A DNA stretch of 64,000 nucleotides from an uncultured Candidatus Actinomarina sp. (GCA_902582695.1 CACHTH010000001.1:7279-71278), one strand, 5' to 3'. Positions 1 through 8,868 are shown, counted from the first letter of the stretch. Notes: a model not told the origin generated them from the sequence alone. Translations and numbers: made by a program.

Positions 1-18
1 GAGTTCTAAAATCAAATT

Positions 19-1041
19 GTGAAAAATTTAACTAAAAAACAAAAAAAATTCTTACTTATATTTTTAATTTTGTTTATTGTTACTTCTTCATCAGCTCTTA
101 TTCCAACAGACTATTACTTTATGTCACCTGGGCCTCCTTATCAATGGGATATTGAATATGGAGATATAGATAATTATTTATTTGAAGGTAATTTATTTCA
201 ACTTACAGTTAGAAGAGATGAAGCAAATGCACTTATTTATTTTTGGTCTTTATTGAATGATTCTTATGATTTATACCCAAGAGAAGTAATTTTGCCAGAT
301 GGTGTTACACCTCAAGAATTAAGTGAGATAAGCATTCAAAATATGAGGACTTCTGAAAATGTCGCTATTGCCGTGGCTTTAAAAAATTTAGGGTATGAAA
401 TTGATACTAAGGGCGATGGTGTTTCGGTAGTGGGTTTACTTGATGATTCTCCTGTTAAGGACAAATTGAAAAAAGGCGATTTATTGAACTCAATTAATAA
501 TATTGAGATATTCTCGGCAACTGAATTTATATCTACTTTAAGAACTTACTCCATAGGAGAAACAGTTTCTATAGGGCTATTAAGAGAAGTAGACGGAGCC
601 AAAGAACAAATGTATATTGAAACAACACTCATTGAGCATGTCGAGTATAAGGGTGAACCAATGGTTGGTTTTCTTGCTACGACTGTAAATGAAAGGTTTG
701 ATTTTCCCTTTGAAATAGATATTAAAACTGGCAATGTTGGTGGACCTTCGGCTGGTTTAATGATGGCATTAAATGTTTACAATAATTTAATTCCTGAAGA
801 TATAACCAACTCAATGATAGTTGCCGGAACAGGAACAATTGAAATAGATGGATCAGTAGGCCCAGTTGGTGGAATAAAACAAAAGATTATTGCAGCAAAA
901 AGAGCCGGTGCAGAACTTATTCTTGTACCAGTTGCAAATTTTGAAGAGGCAAAACCATTGGAGACTGACAAAACATCAATAGTTGCTGTTGATTCTTTTG
1001 ATGAAGCATTATCAGTTATTTCACAGTATAGTTCACGTTAA
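19..1041 (+). CDS. membrane-anchored PDZ domain / Lon-type (S16) C-terminal serine protease, YlbL/Rv3194c-like
   Basis: 340-aa ORF with a GTG start. It has an N-terminal hydrophobic anchor (FLLIFLILFIVTSS) and a PDZ-like segment (VSVVGLLDDSPVKDKLKKGDLLNSINNIEI). The Lon_C-type motifs GPSAGLMMAL (Ser) and GGIKQKIIAAKRAGAELILVP (Lys) are present. It lies directly upstream of UPF0182, as in other Actinobacteria. Confidence 0.75.
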   Translation: MKNLTKKQKKFLLIFLILFIVTSSSALIPTDYYFMSPGPPYQWDIEYGDIDNYLFEGNLFQLTVRRDEANALIYFWSLLNDSYDLYPREVILPDGVTPQELSEISIQNMRTSENVAIAVALKNLGYEIDTKGDGVSVVGLLDDSPVKDKLKKGDLLNSINNIEIFSATEFISTLRTYSIGETVSIGLLREVDGAKEQMYIETTLIEHVEYKGEPMVGFLATTVNERFDFPFEIDIKTGNVGGPSAGLMMALNVYNNLIPEDITNSMIVAGTGTIEIDGSVGPVGGIKQKIIAAKRAGAELILVPVANFEEAKPLETDKTSIVAVDSFDEALSVISQYSSR

Positions 1042-1067
1042 ACACGAGAGATAAATAATATATAAAT

Positions 1068-3881
1068 ATGGTCAATATTGGTGGTACAAATACCGGTAAC
1101 GAAAGAAGAGGGCTGTCTTTTCTTGTTTTTGTTGGAATTATTGGATTTTCAATTGCAAGAGCTATAGCAACATTTTTTACAAATTATTTGTGGTTTGACT
1201 CTGTTGATTTAAATTCAGTTTGGATAAAGATTCTATTAACAAAGTCTATTCTTGTTGCAGCTACATCCCTTTTAGCATTTGCATTTATATTTATTAATTT
1301 AAGACTTGCAGTAAGAGCAACACCTGTAATGGATATTTTTGAATCATTTGACTCTCAAGATCCATTAACTAGGTTTAGAGAATTTTTCAATGAACGTTTT
1401 CTTAAATATAGACTTTGGGGAGCAATTGGTCTGTCTTTATTTCTTGGTGCTGGAGCTTCTCAATTATGGGAACAAGTTTTATTATTTATAAACCAAAAAT
1501 CTTTTGGAGTTGCAGACCCAGTTTTTCAATATGATGTATCAAGTTATGTTTTTGGATTACCTTTGTATAGACTTTTTGTATCTTGGGGATTTCAATTAGT
1601 CATTTTTACATCCTTTATTATTATTTTATTCTTTATTGCAACAGGCGCCCTTCAGCTTCGTCAAGGTAGGTTGCCAGAGGTTAGTAGTGGTGCAAAAGCC
1701 CATCTTTCAGTTTTACTTGCATTTGTAGCTGTACTTAAAGCATTTGCTTATAGATTAGATTCTATGGAGCTACTGTATTCTCCAAGAGGTAAAGTTTTTG
1801 GTGCAAGCTATACAGATGTAGTTGCGCACTTACCAGCCTTAAATCTATTGATATTAATTTCGTTGTTTGGTGCAGTATTGTTGCTTGTCAACATAAAAAG
1901 AAGAGGCTGGTTATTACCAGCTACTGCAATTAGTTTGTGGCTTGCCGTTTCAATCATTGTTGGCGGAGTTGTTCCCGCAGCAATTCAAAGATTTAGGGTT
2001 GTGCCTGATGAATTAAACAAAGAACTACCTTATGTTGAGAACCATATCAACTATACAAGACTTGCTTATGGTTTAGATAGTATTGAAGAAAAATCATTTG
2101 AGGCTTCGCCTAATTTAACAGATAATGACATTTCTGATAATTCTCAAACTGTAGACAATATTAGATTATGGGACCCAACTGTTTTAGCTGAAACATATAG
2201 TCAGCTCCAAGAGATTAGAGCTTACTACGCACTGGATGAAGTCGATGTCGACCGTTATAGAATTAATGGTGAGCTAACACAAGTCATGGTATCTGCAAGA
2301 GAATTAGACCAAACAAATTTGCCTGCAGTTGGTTGGGTTAATGAAAGGCTTCAATACACTCATGGTTACGGCGTAGTTTTTAGTCCTGCAAATAATGTTG
2401 CAAGCCAAGGTCAGCCAGATTTTTATGTAAAAGGTGTACCTGCTACTACAACTGTCAGTGAATTAGAGGTAGAACAACCAAGAATCTATTTTGGAGAATC
2501 AGCTGAATCAGTTGAATATGTTGTTGTAAACTCTTTACAAGATGAAGTCGACTATCCCTTGTCTACAGAGGGTCAGTCAGTTGCTTACACAAATTATTCA
2601 GGAGATGGTGGTGTAGGTATCGGCTCGTTTTTTAGAAGACTTGGATTTGCACTACGATATAGTGAGTTAAATTTGTTAATATCAAACCAGCTTTCTGATG
2701 ACTCAAAATTGATTATGGAAAGAAATGTTGTAAGTAGAGTTAAAAAGGCAGCTCCTTTCTTGTACACAGATAATGATCCATATTTAGCATTAATAGATGG
2801 AGATTTATTTTGGATAATTGATATGTACACAGTGTCTGATAAATATCCTTATGCTCAACCTGCTGATACAAGAAGAATTAATGAAAATTCTGGCCTCCCT
2901 ATGAACTTTAACTATTTGAGAAATTCAGTGAAAGCAGTCGTAAATGCTTATGATGGCACAATGGATTTCTATGTTGTTGACGAAAATGATCCACTAATTT
3001 TGTCATACAAAGATATTTTTCCAAATCTGTTTACACCAAAAAGTTCTATGAGTAGTGAGTTGCTTGATCACATAAGATACCCAGAAGATTTATTTACAAT
3101 ACAATCCGATATGTATAGAGATTATCACATGACTGATCCAAGAGTGTTTTATGCCGATGAAGATCCATGGGTAATACCATCTGACTCCTCAACAACACCG
3201 AGAGTTGCTACTTTAAGAGGAGAGTTTACTGAAATAGGTTTCAAACCAATGTTGCCATATTATTTATTAATGAGCTTGCCTGGGGAAAGCGATTTAAGCT
3301 ATCTAATTTTTCAACCATTTAATCCGGAAAACAGACCAAACATGCAGTCATTTTTAGTTGCAGATGCCGATCCAGAAAATTATGGACAGTTAATCGACTT
3401 TAGATTACCAAAAGGAGAATTTGTTGATGGACCTAGTCAGGTTGCAACAAGAATTAACCAAGACCCTGATATTTCTCAAATATTTACTCTTCTTGATCAG
3501 CAGGGTTCAAGTGTTATTAAAGGTAATCTATTTGTTGTTCCTATAAATCAATCAATACTTTATTATCAACCAATTTATCTTCAGGGAGAGCAGAACCCAT
3601 TACCAGAATTCAAATTTGTTGTTGTTGTTTTTCAAGACAGAATAATCATGGAGGAATCTTTGTCTGAGGCTTTGGCTAATGTTTTCGGTGGTGATTTTGC
3701 AACTGAGAATGTCGAAGATACAGAAGGTGAAAGCGCTCTTGAGCTACTTGAGAAAGCAACTAAAGCTTTTGAAAAAGCCCAACAAGAATTGCAGAATGGA
3801 AATCTAGGTTTATATCAAAACCTTGTTGAACAAGCTCAACAGTATGTAGACCTTGCTCTTGAAATTTTAAATAACAATTAA
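1068..3881 (+). CDS. UPF0182 family large integral membrane protein (function unknown)
   Basis: 937-aa ORF with about 7 N-terminal TM helices followed by a large soluble region. Its size, architecture and position after the PDZ-Lon gene match actinobacterial UPF0182 (Rv3193c-like). The family call is from recall. Confidence 0.75.
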   Translation: MVNIGGTNTGNERRGLSFLVFVGIIGFSIARAIATFFTNYLWFDSVDLNSVWIKILLTKSILVAATSLLAFAFIFINLRLAVRATPVMDIFESFDSQDPLTRFREFFNERFLKYRLWGAIGLSLFLGAGASQLWEQVLLFINQKSFGVADPVFQYDVSSYVFGLPLYRLFVSWGFQLVIFTSFIIILFFIATGALQLRQGRLPEVSSGAKAHLSVLLAFVAVLKAFAYRLDSMELLYSPRGKVFGASYTDVVAHLPALNLLILISLFGAVLLLVNIKRRGWLLPATAISLWLAVSIIVGGVVPAAIQRFRVVPDELNKELPYVENHINYTRLAYGLDSIEEKSFEASPNLTDNDISDNSQTVDNIRLWDPTVLAETYSQLQEIRAYYALDEVDVDRYRINGELTQVMVSARELDQTNLPAVGWVNERLQYTHGYGVVFSPANNVASQGQPDFYVKGVPATTTVSELEVEQPRIYFGESAESVEYVVVNSLQDEVDYPLSTEGQSVAYTNYSGDGGVGIGSFFRRLGFALRYSELNLLISNQLSDDSKLIMERNVVSRVKKAAPFLYTDNDPYLALIDGDLFWIIDMYTVSDKYPYAQPADTRRINENSGLPMNFNYLRNSVKAVVNAYDGTMDFYVVDENDPLILSYKDIFPNLFTPKSSMSSELLDHIRYPEDLFTIQSDMYRDYHMTDPRVFYADEDPWVIPSDSSTTPRVATLRGEFTEIGFKPMLPYYLLMSLPGESDLSYLIFQPFNPENRPNMQSFLVADADPENYGQLIDFRLPKGEFVDGPSQVATRINQDPDISQIFTLLDQQGSSVIKGNLFVVPINQSILYYQPIYLQGEQNPLPEFKFVVVVFQDRIIMEESLSEALANVFGGDFATENVEDTEGESALELLEKATKAFEKAQQELQNGNLGLYQNLVEQAQQYVDLALEILNNN

Positions 3882-3925
3882 ATTTCTTGAGTTTAAATTA
3901 ATTCTTATTATTATTAGTAATTCAG

Positions 3926-4002
3926 CGCGGGGTGGAGCAGTCTGGTAGCTCGCTGGGCTCATAACCCAGAGGTCGTAGGTTCAAATCCTACCCCCGCTAC
4001 CA
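3926..4002 (+). tRNA. metZ: initiator tRNA-fMet (anticodon CAT), with encoded CCA
   Basis: The cloverleaf folds by hand. There is a C1:U72 mismatch at the acceptor end, and the anticodon stem ctggg/cccag has three consecutive G:C pairs. The loop is ctCATaa, and the 3' end is ...ccccgctACCA. Confidence 0.9.
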
Positions 4003-4004
4003 AT

Positions 4005-4142
4005 CTATCTAATAAAGATATCAATTATTCGCTTTCTACCTGTAGCTGCAGCCAATAATTTTAATGCAAATAATCCTGAAGCTCCAAGATAAGCCAAGCT
4101 TCCCAACACTAGAAAAATTCTCCAAAATAATATTGCATCCAT
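4005..4142 (-). CDS. candidate small membrane protein (45 aa), below the ORF-track cutoff
   Basis: ATG..TAG ORF translating to MDAILFWRIFLVLGSLAYLGASGLFALKLLAAATGRKRIIDIFIR. It has one TM helix followed by a basic tail. It lies 31 nt downstream of, and co-directional with, the thioredoxin-like gene. No clear SD sequence. Confidence 0.3.
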   Translation of the reverse strand: MDAILFWRIFLVLGSLAYLGASGLFALKLLAAATGRKRIIDIFIR

Positions 4143-4173
4143 AAGTAAATTATAAACAACTCATAGACAATGG

Positions 4174-4668
4174 CTATTTAGTTAATTCAATTATTTCGTT
4201 AGCCGTAATTTCACCATTAAGAGTATGTAAGATTGAAAGATTTTTATCCAAAACCAAGGTAGTTGGAATCCCAGTCCAATTGAACTGAGATAAAACAATG
4301 TCAGACTCAGCTTCTTCTAATATATTTTTATAAGTAATTCTATTGTTTTTAATAAACTCTCTACCATTTGAGGCCGAGTCATCAACAAGAATACCAATGA
4401 CTGTTATATTTGATTGTTCAGAAATTTTTAATAATTCATCAACTTCATTTTGACAAGGAATACACCAACTAGCCCAAAGATTAAGAATGACAAACTCTGT
4501 CTTGATTTCCTCGATATTTAATGAATGTACCTGTTTTAGTGAATCAACTTCAATTCCATTATTTATATCTGAAATAGTTTTGACTTGCTCATCTGAACTT
4601 GAAGCATTTAACACGGCGATACCAACAAGGGCTGTTAAAAGTATGAGCAGTAAATTTCTTTTAATCAT
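4174..4668 (-). CDS. TlpA/ResA-like membrane-anchored thiol:disulfide oxidoreductase (thioredoxin fold)
   Basis: 164 aa with an N-terminal signal anchor (LLLILLTALVGIAVL) and a WCIPC active-site CxxC motif within a thioredoxin-like context (ILNLWASWCIPCQNE). Confidence 0.8.
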   Translation of the reverse strand: MIKRNLLLILLTALVGIAVLNASSSDEQVKTISDINNGIEVDSLKQVHSLNIEEIKTEFVILNLWASWCIPCQNEVDELLKISEQSNITVIGILVDDSASNGREFIKNNRITYKNILEEAESDIVLSQFNWTGIPTTLVLDKNLSILHTLNGEITANEIIELTK

Positions 4669-4674
4669 AATGTA

Positions 4675-5733
4675 ATGTTATTACCTAATATAAATACAAT
4701 ACTAAACATGGACATTCAAAATATAAACTATCCCGGATTTAATAGAAGCCTCGATGAATTGAATGCTATTACAAAATTAAAGAAAAAATCATGCGAGATT
4801 CTCGACTTTACAGAGATTGAGTGGGTTAGAGATGTTTTACGTCAAAGAATTAACGAAAATAATGATCTAGAAATTAAATTTAAAACTCCAACTGAAAAGC
4901 AAATAGAGGAAGTCTCAGCAGTTGTTGGTGCAGATATTGATATGGAAGATTTAAAAAACACCTTCCATAAAAACAAAAGAATAATTGGAATTACCTCTGG
5001 TAAAGGAGGTGTTGGAAAATCTACTATAACTTCCTTACTTGGTATTGCATTTGATGAACTTGGCAAGAAAGTTGGGATTCTTGATTCTGACATTTGGGGG
5101 TACTCAGTCCCTAAGATTTTAGGAGCTAAATTTCCTCCAATTCCATTTAATGAAAGAATCTTTCCATCAAAAATTAATAATTTAAGTGTTATATCAATGG
5201 AGTATTTTGTTAAACAAGACGAAGCCGTTATATGGAGGGGGCCGATGCTTCATAAAGCTATAGAGCAATTCTTATTTGAAGTTTTATGGCAAGACATAGA
5301 TATATTACTTATAGACATGCCACCTGGTACTGGTGATGTTTCAATCTCTTTATCTCAATTCTTAAAATATTTTGAAAACATTGTTGTTACAACTCCTCAA
5401 ACAAATGCAACAATGGTTGCAGAGCGTTCAGGAATTATGTCTAAAAAAGTTAATGCGAGCATCATTGGAGTAATTGAAAATATGTCATATATGGAAGTTG
5501 ATGGAAATAAACTTTATCCATTTGGAAAGGATGGAGGGAAAGATCTATCAAAGAAACTCGATGTACCAATTCTTGGAGAGATGCCTTTACAAGAAGATAT
5601 AACTATTGCTTCTGAAGGAAGTGATTTATTTGCTTATAAAAATAATCCAAACTTCAAGAATGTTATTGATATTGCTAATGAAATTTTGAAATTTCAACCT
5701 AAAAAGAAACCGATTGATCTAAAGATTAATTAA
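4675..5733 (+). CDS. mrp: Mrp/ApbC/NBP35-family Fe-S cluster carrier ATPase
   Basis: 352 aa with the deviant Walker A GKGGVGKST, DMPPGTGD, and an N-terminal DUF59-like region. The start could instead be the internal Met at 4708. Confidence 0.85.
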   Translation: MLLPNINTILNMDIQNINYPGFNRSLDELNAITKLKKKSCEILDFTEIEWVRDVLRQRINENNDLEIKFKTPTEKQIEEVSAVVGADIDMEDLKNTFHKNKRIIGITSGKGGVGKSTITSLLGIAFDELGKKVGILDSDIWGYSVPKILGAKFPPIPFNERIFPSKINNLSVISMEYFVKQDEAVIWRGPMLHKAIEQFLFEVLWQDIDILLIDMPPGTGDVSISLSQFLKYFENIVVTTPQTNATMVAERSGIMSKKVNASIIGVIENMSYMEVDGNKLYPFGKDGGKDLSKKLDVPILGEMPLQEDITIASEGSDLFAYKNNPNFKNVIDIANEILKFQPKKKPIDLKIN

Positions 5734-6483
5734 GTAAGTCCCCAGCGAAATTAAACCCATTAAAAAGCAATAAATTGAAAAAACATTCAATTTAGAACTA
5801 ACTGTAAAATTAATAAGAACTCTAATTGCGACTAGTCCGGAAAGAAATGCAGCAAAACAAGGAATCCATAAAGAATTATCAAGAGGTTCTGTAGCCTGCA
5901 TAAATGTTAGAAGCCAAGCACCAAAAATTGTAGGCAATCCAAGAAGAAGTGAAAAGAATATTGCTTCTGTTTTTTTCAATCTCAAATACAAAGCTGTACT
6001 TAGAGTGATACCTGACCTTGAAACTCCAGGAAATAATGCAAGCGCTTGGGCAATTCCAATTATTAGAGATTCTTTTAATGAAAGATCAAATATACTTTTA
6101 CCACCCTCTTCTAGCTTGTCAGCAAAATACAACACACTTGCAATAAAAATATAAGCTAATGCCGTTATTACTAAAATCACGCTACTTTCATCAATTAAAT
6201 TACTTATTGGTAAAAATAATCCGAAAGCTGCAGCCGGCATTACACCTATAACTATAAGCTTAAAAATTTGAATCAATGAGTTACGATTTTTTAAGATCGA
6301 AAAAATGTCTTTAAAGTAATATATTAAAATTGAAAAAAATGTTCCTAGGTGTAAAAACGCTATCTCATATGTATTAAAACTGTTATCTTTGAATAACTCA
6401 GACAAAACTACGAGATGTCCACTTGAAGAAATTGGTAAAAATTCAGTGACGCCTTGTATTATTCCAAATAAAATATCAATCAT
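5719..6483 (-). CDS. uppP: undecaprenyl-diphosphate phosphatase
   Basis: 254-aa polytopic membrane protein with the BacA/UppP motifs EFLPISSSGHL and PGVSRSGITL. Its 3' end overlaps the convergent mrp gene by 15 nt. Confidence 0.9.
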   Translation of the reverse strand: MIDILFGIIQGVTEFLPISSSGHLVVLSELFKDNSFNTYEIAFLHLGTFFSILIYYFKDIFSILKNRNSLIQIFKLIVIGVMPAAAFGLFLPISNLIDESSVILVITALAYIFIASVLYFADKLEEGGKSIFDLSLKESLIIGIAQALALFPGVSRSGITLSTALYLRLKKTEAIFFSLLLGLPTIFGAWLLTFMQATEPLDNSLWIPCFAAFLSGLVAIRVLINFTVSSKLNVFSIYCFLMGLISLGTYLINL

Positions 6484-6485
6484 AA

Positions 6486-6641
6486 TTAATTAATTGTTGA
6501 AAAATGCCATCCTTGACATGATGTACATAAGTATATTCTAAATTTTTTATTGTATTCTTTTTCTACAAACAATCTTTCTTTTCTTGCTTCATTTTCAGAA
6601 GTAAACCTTCTTTTGTTTGAGCATTTAGATATATTGTTCAT
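6486..6641 (-). CDS. candidate small Cys/His protein (51 aa, zinc-ribbon-like), below the ORF-track cutoff
   Basis: ORF translating to MNNISKCSNKRRFTSENEARKERLFVEKEYNKKFRIYLCTSCQGWHFSTIN, with the pattern C7-x31-C39-x2-C42-x3-H46. Its TAA stop (6486-6488) lies 2 nt before the uppP ATG (6483), which suggests translational coupling. Confidence 0.5.
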   Translation of the reverse strand: MNNISKCSNKRRFTSENEARKERLFVEKEYNKKFRIYLCTSCQGWHFSTIN

Positions 6642-6718
6642 TCATTTATAAGATTAAATTTGTAAAATGTATAAACGAGCTATATCTTATTTATTTTTAA
6701 TGAATTAGACTCAAATAA

Positions 6719-7327
6719 ATGAATTTTTTAGTAGTAGTTTTTAGTTATTTGCTTGGTTCGATCAATTTTGCCTATATTACAGCACGAATAAAAGGTATTG
6801 ATATTTCTTCTGAGGGAAGTGGTAATCCAGGAACTTCAAACGTGTTAAGGACATTAGGAAAAGGGTCTGCTGCAATTGTTTTGTTTGGAGATTTATTGAA
6901 AGGAGCTATTCCAATTATATTTTTCTATCAAGATCAATATTTTTTTGTTTACGGACTAGCTGCTGTTGTAGGCCATATTTATCCAGTATTTTATAAGTTT
7001 AAAGGTGGAAAAGGGGTTGCTACGTACATCGGTGTTTATGTTGCAGCAATATTCATGAATCCTTATAATTCTGACTTATTCAATATAGAGATATTTCAAA
7101 TACTTAATATACCTGTACTTGCTTTTTTCTATTTTGTTGTATTTAAAGTAACTCGTGTGTCAGCGATTGCTAGTTTGACAACAGTTTTGATAACCGTCTC
7201 ATTATTAATTTATACAAATAATGAAATATCGAATGTCATAATTCTTGTTGTCCTATTTGTCTTAATTTTGATAAAACATTCTGAAAATATCAAAAGACTG
7301 AGAGAAGGCAAAGAAAATAAATTTTAA
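6719..7327 (+). CDS. plsY: glycerol-3-phosphate acyltransferase PlsY
   Basis: 202-aa membrane protein with the motifs GSGNPGTSNV and FKGGKGVAT. Confidence 0.9.
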   Translation: MNFLVVVFSYLLGSINFAYITARIKGIDISSEGSGNPGTSNVLRTLGKGSAAIVLFGDLLKGAIPIIFFYQDQYFFVYGLAAVVGHIYPVFYKFKGGKGVATYIGVYVAAIFMNPYNSDLFNIEIFQILNIPVLAFFYFVVFKVTRVSAIASLTTVLITVSLLIYTNNEISNVIILVVLFVLILIKHSENIKRLREGKENKF

Positions 7328-7384
7328 AAGAGAAAATTTTTTTAAAACAAGTTATTATTAATACAACAACAGTAAGGGCAGGGC

Positions 7385-7747
7385 ATGAGTTCTACACTAG
7401 TTTTAATAGCATTAATGGTATCGCTTTCGGTAGCGGTTGTTTTCCCAGAACTTCAATATTCAAAAGTTAATAAATCTATTTCTAATGAGTTTCAATATAT
7501 GGTTGAGAAACAAAGAAGAGGATTTATCACTCTGGGATTAGTTGCTATGTCAAGTTTTTTTATAGCTCTTCAAACTCTCTCAGTTCCAATTTTTGTTTTC
7601 CACTTAATTATTGATCTAGTTTTTGGTATTTATGCATACACTGCATTTCAAGTACGATCATCTTCTCTTCAAAGAAACAGTTTCACTTATGTAGATGACT
7701 CATCTGCAGATGATGATAATGTTGAATACTTAAAACAAGCAGTATAA
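7385..7747 (+). CDS. hypothetical membrane protein (about 3 TM helices, acidic C-terminal tail)
   Basis: 120-aa ORF with hydrophobic helices (LVLIALMVSLSVAVV, ITLGLVAMSSFFIAL, IFVFHLIIDLVFGIYAY). I recognise no family. Confidence 0.5.
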   Translation: MSSTLVLIALMVSLSVAVVFPELQYSKVNKSISNEFQYMVEKQRRGFITLGLVAMSSFFIALQTLSVPIFVFHLIIDLVFGIYAYTAFQVRSSSLQRNSFTYVDDSSADDDNVEYLKQAV

Positions 7748-8377
7748 TTGTCCGACTCTGAAGCTAATTTAGAAAATTTATCAACAGCTTTCGATAAATT
7801 AAATGATGTTCGTGAAAAGTCTTTAACAATTTCTAGAGAGATAGTTCGTGAGTGCTCGAAAAGTATTAGAAATGTTCATAGAAATGATATATCTGATGCT
7901 GAAAAACATATAAAAAGCGCTCAAGAAAAACTAAATGATTTAAAAAACATTTGTAGTGAAATTTCAGAAATTAGTTATGCAGGCTATGTTTTAGATGCCG
8001 AAAGAGAATTTGTAGAAGCTGTTATGTTCTATAATTTTGAAGTTAAAGGAACAATTGAACCATTTTCCGAATTCAATTTACATCCCTCTAGCTACATACA
8101 AGGAATAGGAGATACGATTGGTGAGTGGAGAAGAAAAGCACTTGATCATTTAAGAAATCTTGATATCAAAAAAGCTGAAACTTACCTAGAAATTATGGAA
8201 GAGGGCATGGGAATACTTAATGAGTTAGATTATCCGGATGCTCTTACAGGAGGACTTAGAAGGTATGCAGATAATGCAAGGTCAATTATTGAAAGAACTA
8301 GATCTGATATAACAAATGCTTTTATCAATGAGGCGTTAAGAAAAGACATAACTAATATAAATAAAAATGAATTATAA
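7748..8377 (+). CDS. translin/TRAX-family protein (COG2178-like)
   Basis: 209-aa all-helical ORF with a TTG start abutting the previous stop. The C-terminal half aligns by eye with human translin: YIQGIGDTIGEWRRKAL...LRRYADNARSIIERTRSDI versus YLSGVLILASELSRLSV...LRKRYDGLKYDVKKVEEVVYDL. It also contains a DxxGExxR-type motif. Confidence 0.6.
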   Translation: MSDSEANLENLSTAFDKLNDVREKSLTISREIVRECSKSIRNVHRNDISDAEKHIKSAQEKLNDLKNICSEISEISYAGYVLDAEREFVEAVMFYNFEVKGTIEPFSEFNLHPSSYIQGIGDTIGEWRRKALDHLRNLDIKKAETYLEIMEEGMGILNELDYPDALTGGLRRYADNARSIIERTRSDITNAFINEALRKDITNINKNEL

Positions 8378-8867
8378 GTACATAACTGGTCAAGTTCTAG
8401 AAATTGATCCAACTTCAGGCTGGACTGATGGAACACTGCTTCAAGATATATATCCTGATTCTTCTTTTGTAAGTGGTAACAATACAGACAGCATGCAAAT
8501 GAAACCAGAAATTAAAAATCGTAAAGTTTATGCAAAGTATTCATTTGCAAAGAGATTTGAAGGTGGGCCTGGCCTTGTTCATGGTGGTATATTATCAGCT
8601 GCCTTAGATGACATGATGGGTTACTCAACAGTTATTCACAACATATTTTCTGTAACTGCAAATTTATCTGTTAATTTTCTTAAGCCAACACCAGTAGAAA
8701 AAGAATTTGAATTATATGCTTGGGTTAAAGAAGTTGATAATAAAAAAGTTTATACGGAAGCTGTTATTCAATTAGGTGAAGAAATTCATGTTGAGGCTCA
8801 CGGCATGTTCATAGATTTAGGATTAGATGCTGCAGAGTTCTTTGCTCCAGATAAAAATTATCCTTAA
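8367..8867 (+). CDS. PaaI/4HBT-type hotdog-fold thioesterase
   Basis: 166 aa with the motif GGPGLVHGGILSAALDDMMG, typical of PaaI-family thioesterases. Confidence 0.75.
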   Translation: MNYKYITGQVLEIDPTSGWTDGTLLQDIYPDSSFVSGNNTDSMQMKPEIKNRKVYAKYSFAKRFEGGPGLVHGGILSAALDDMMGYSTVIHNIFSVTANLSVNFLKPTPVEKEFELYAWVKEVDNKKVYTEAVIQLGEEIHVEAHGMFIDLGLDAAEFFAPDKNYP

Positions 8868-8868
8868 A

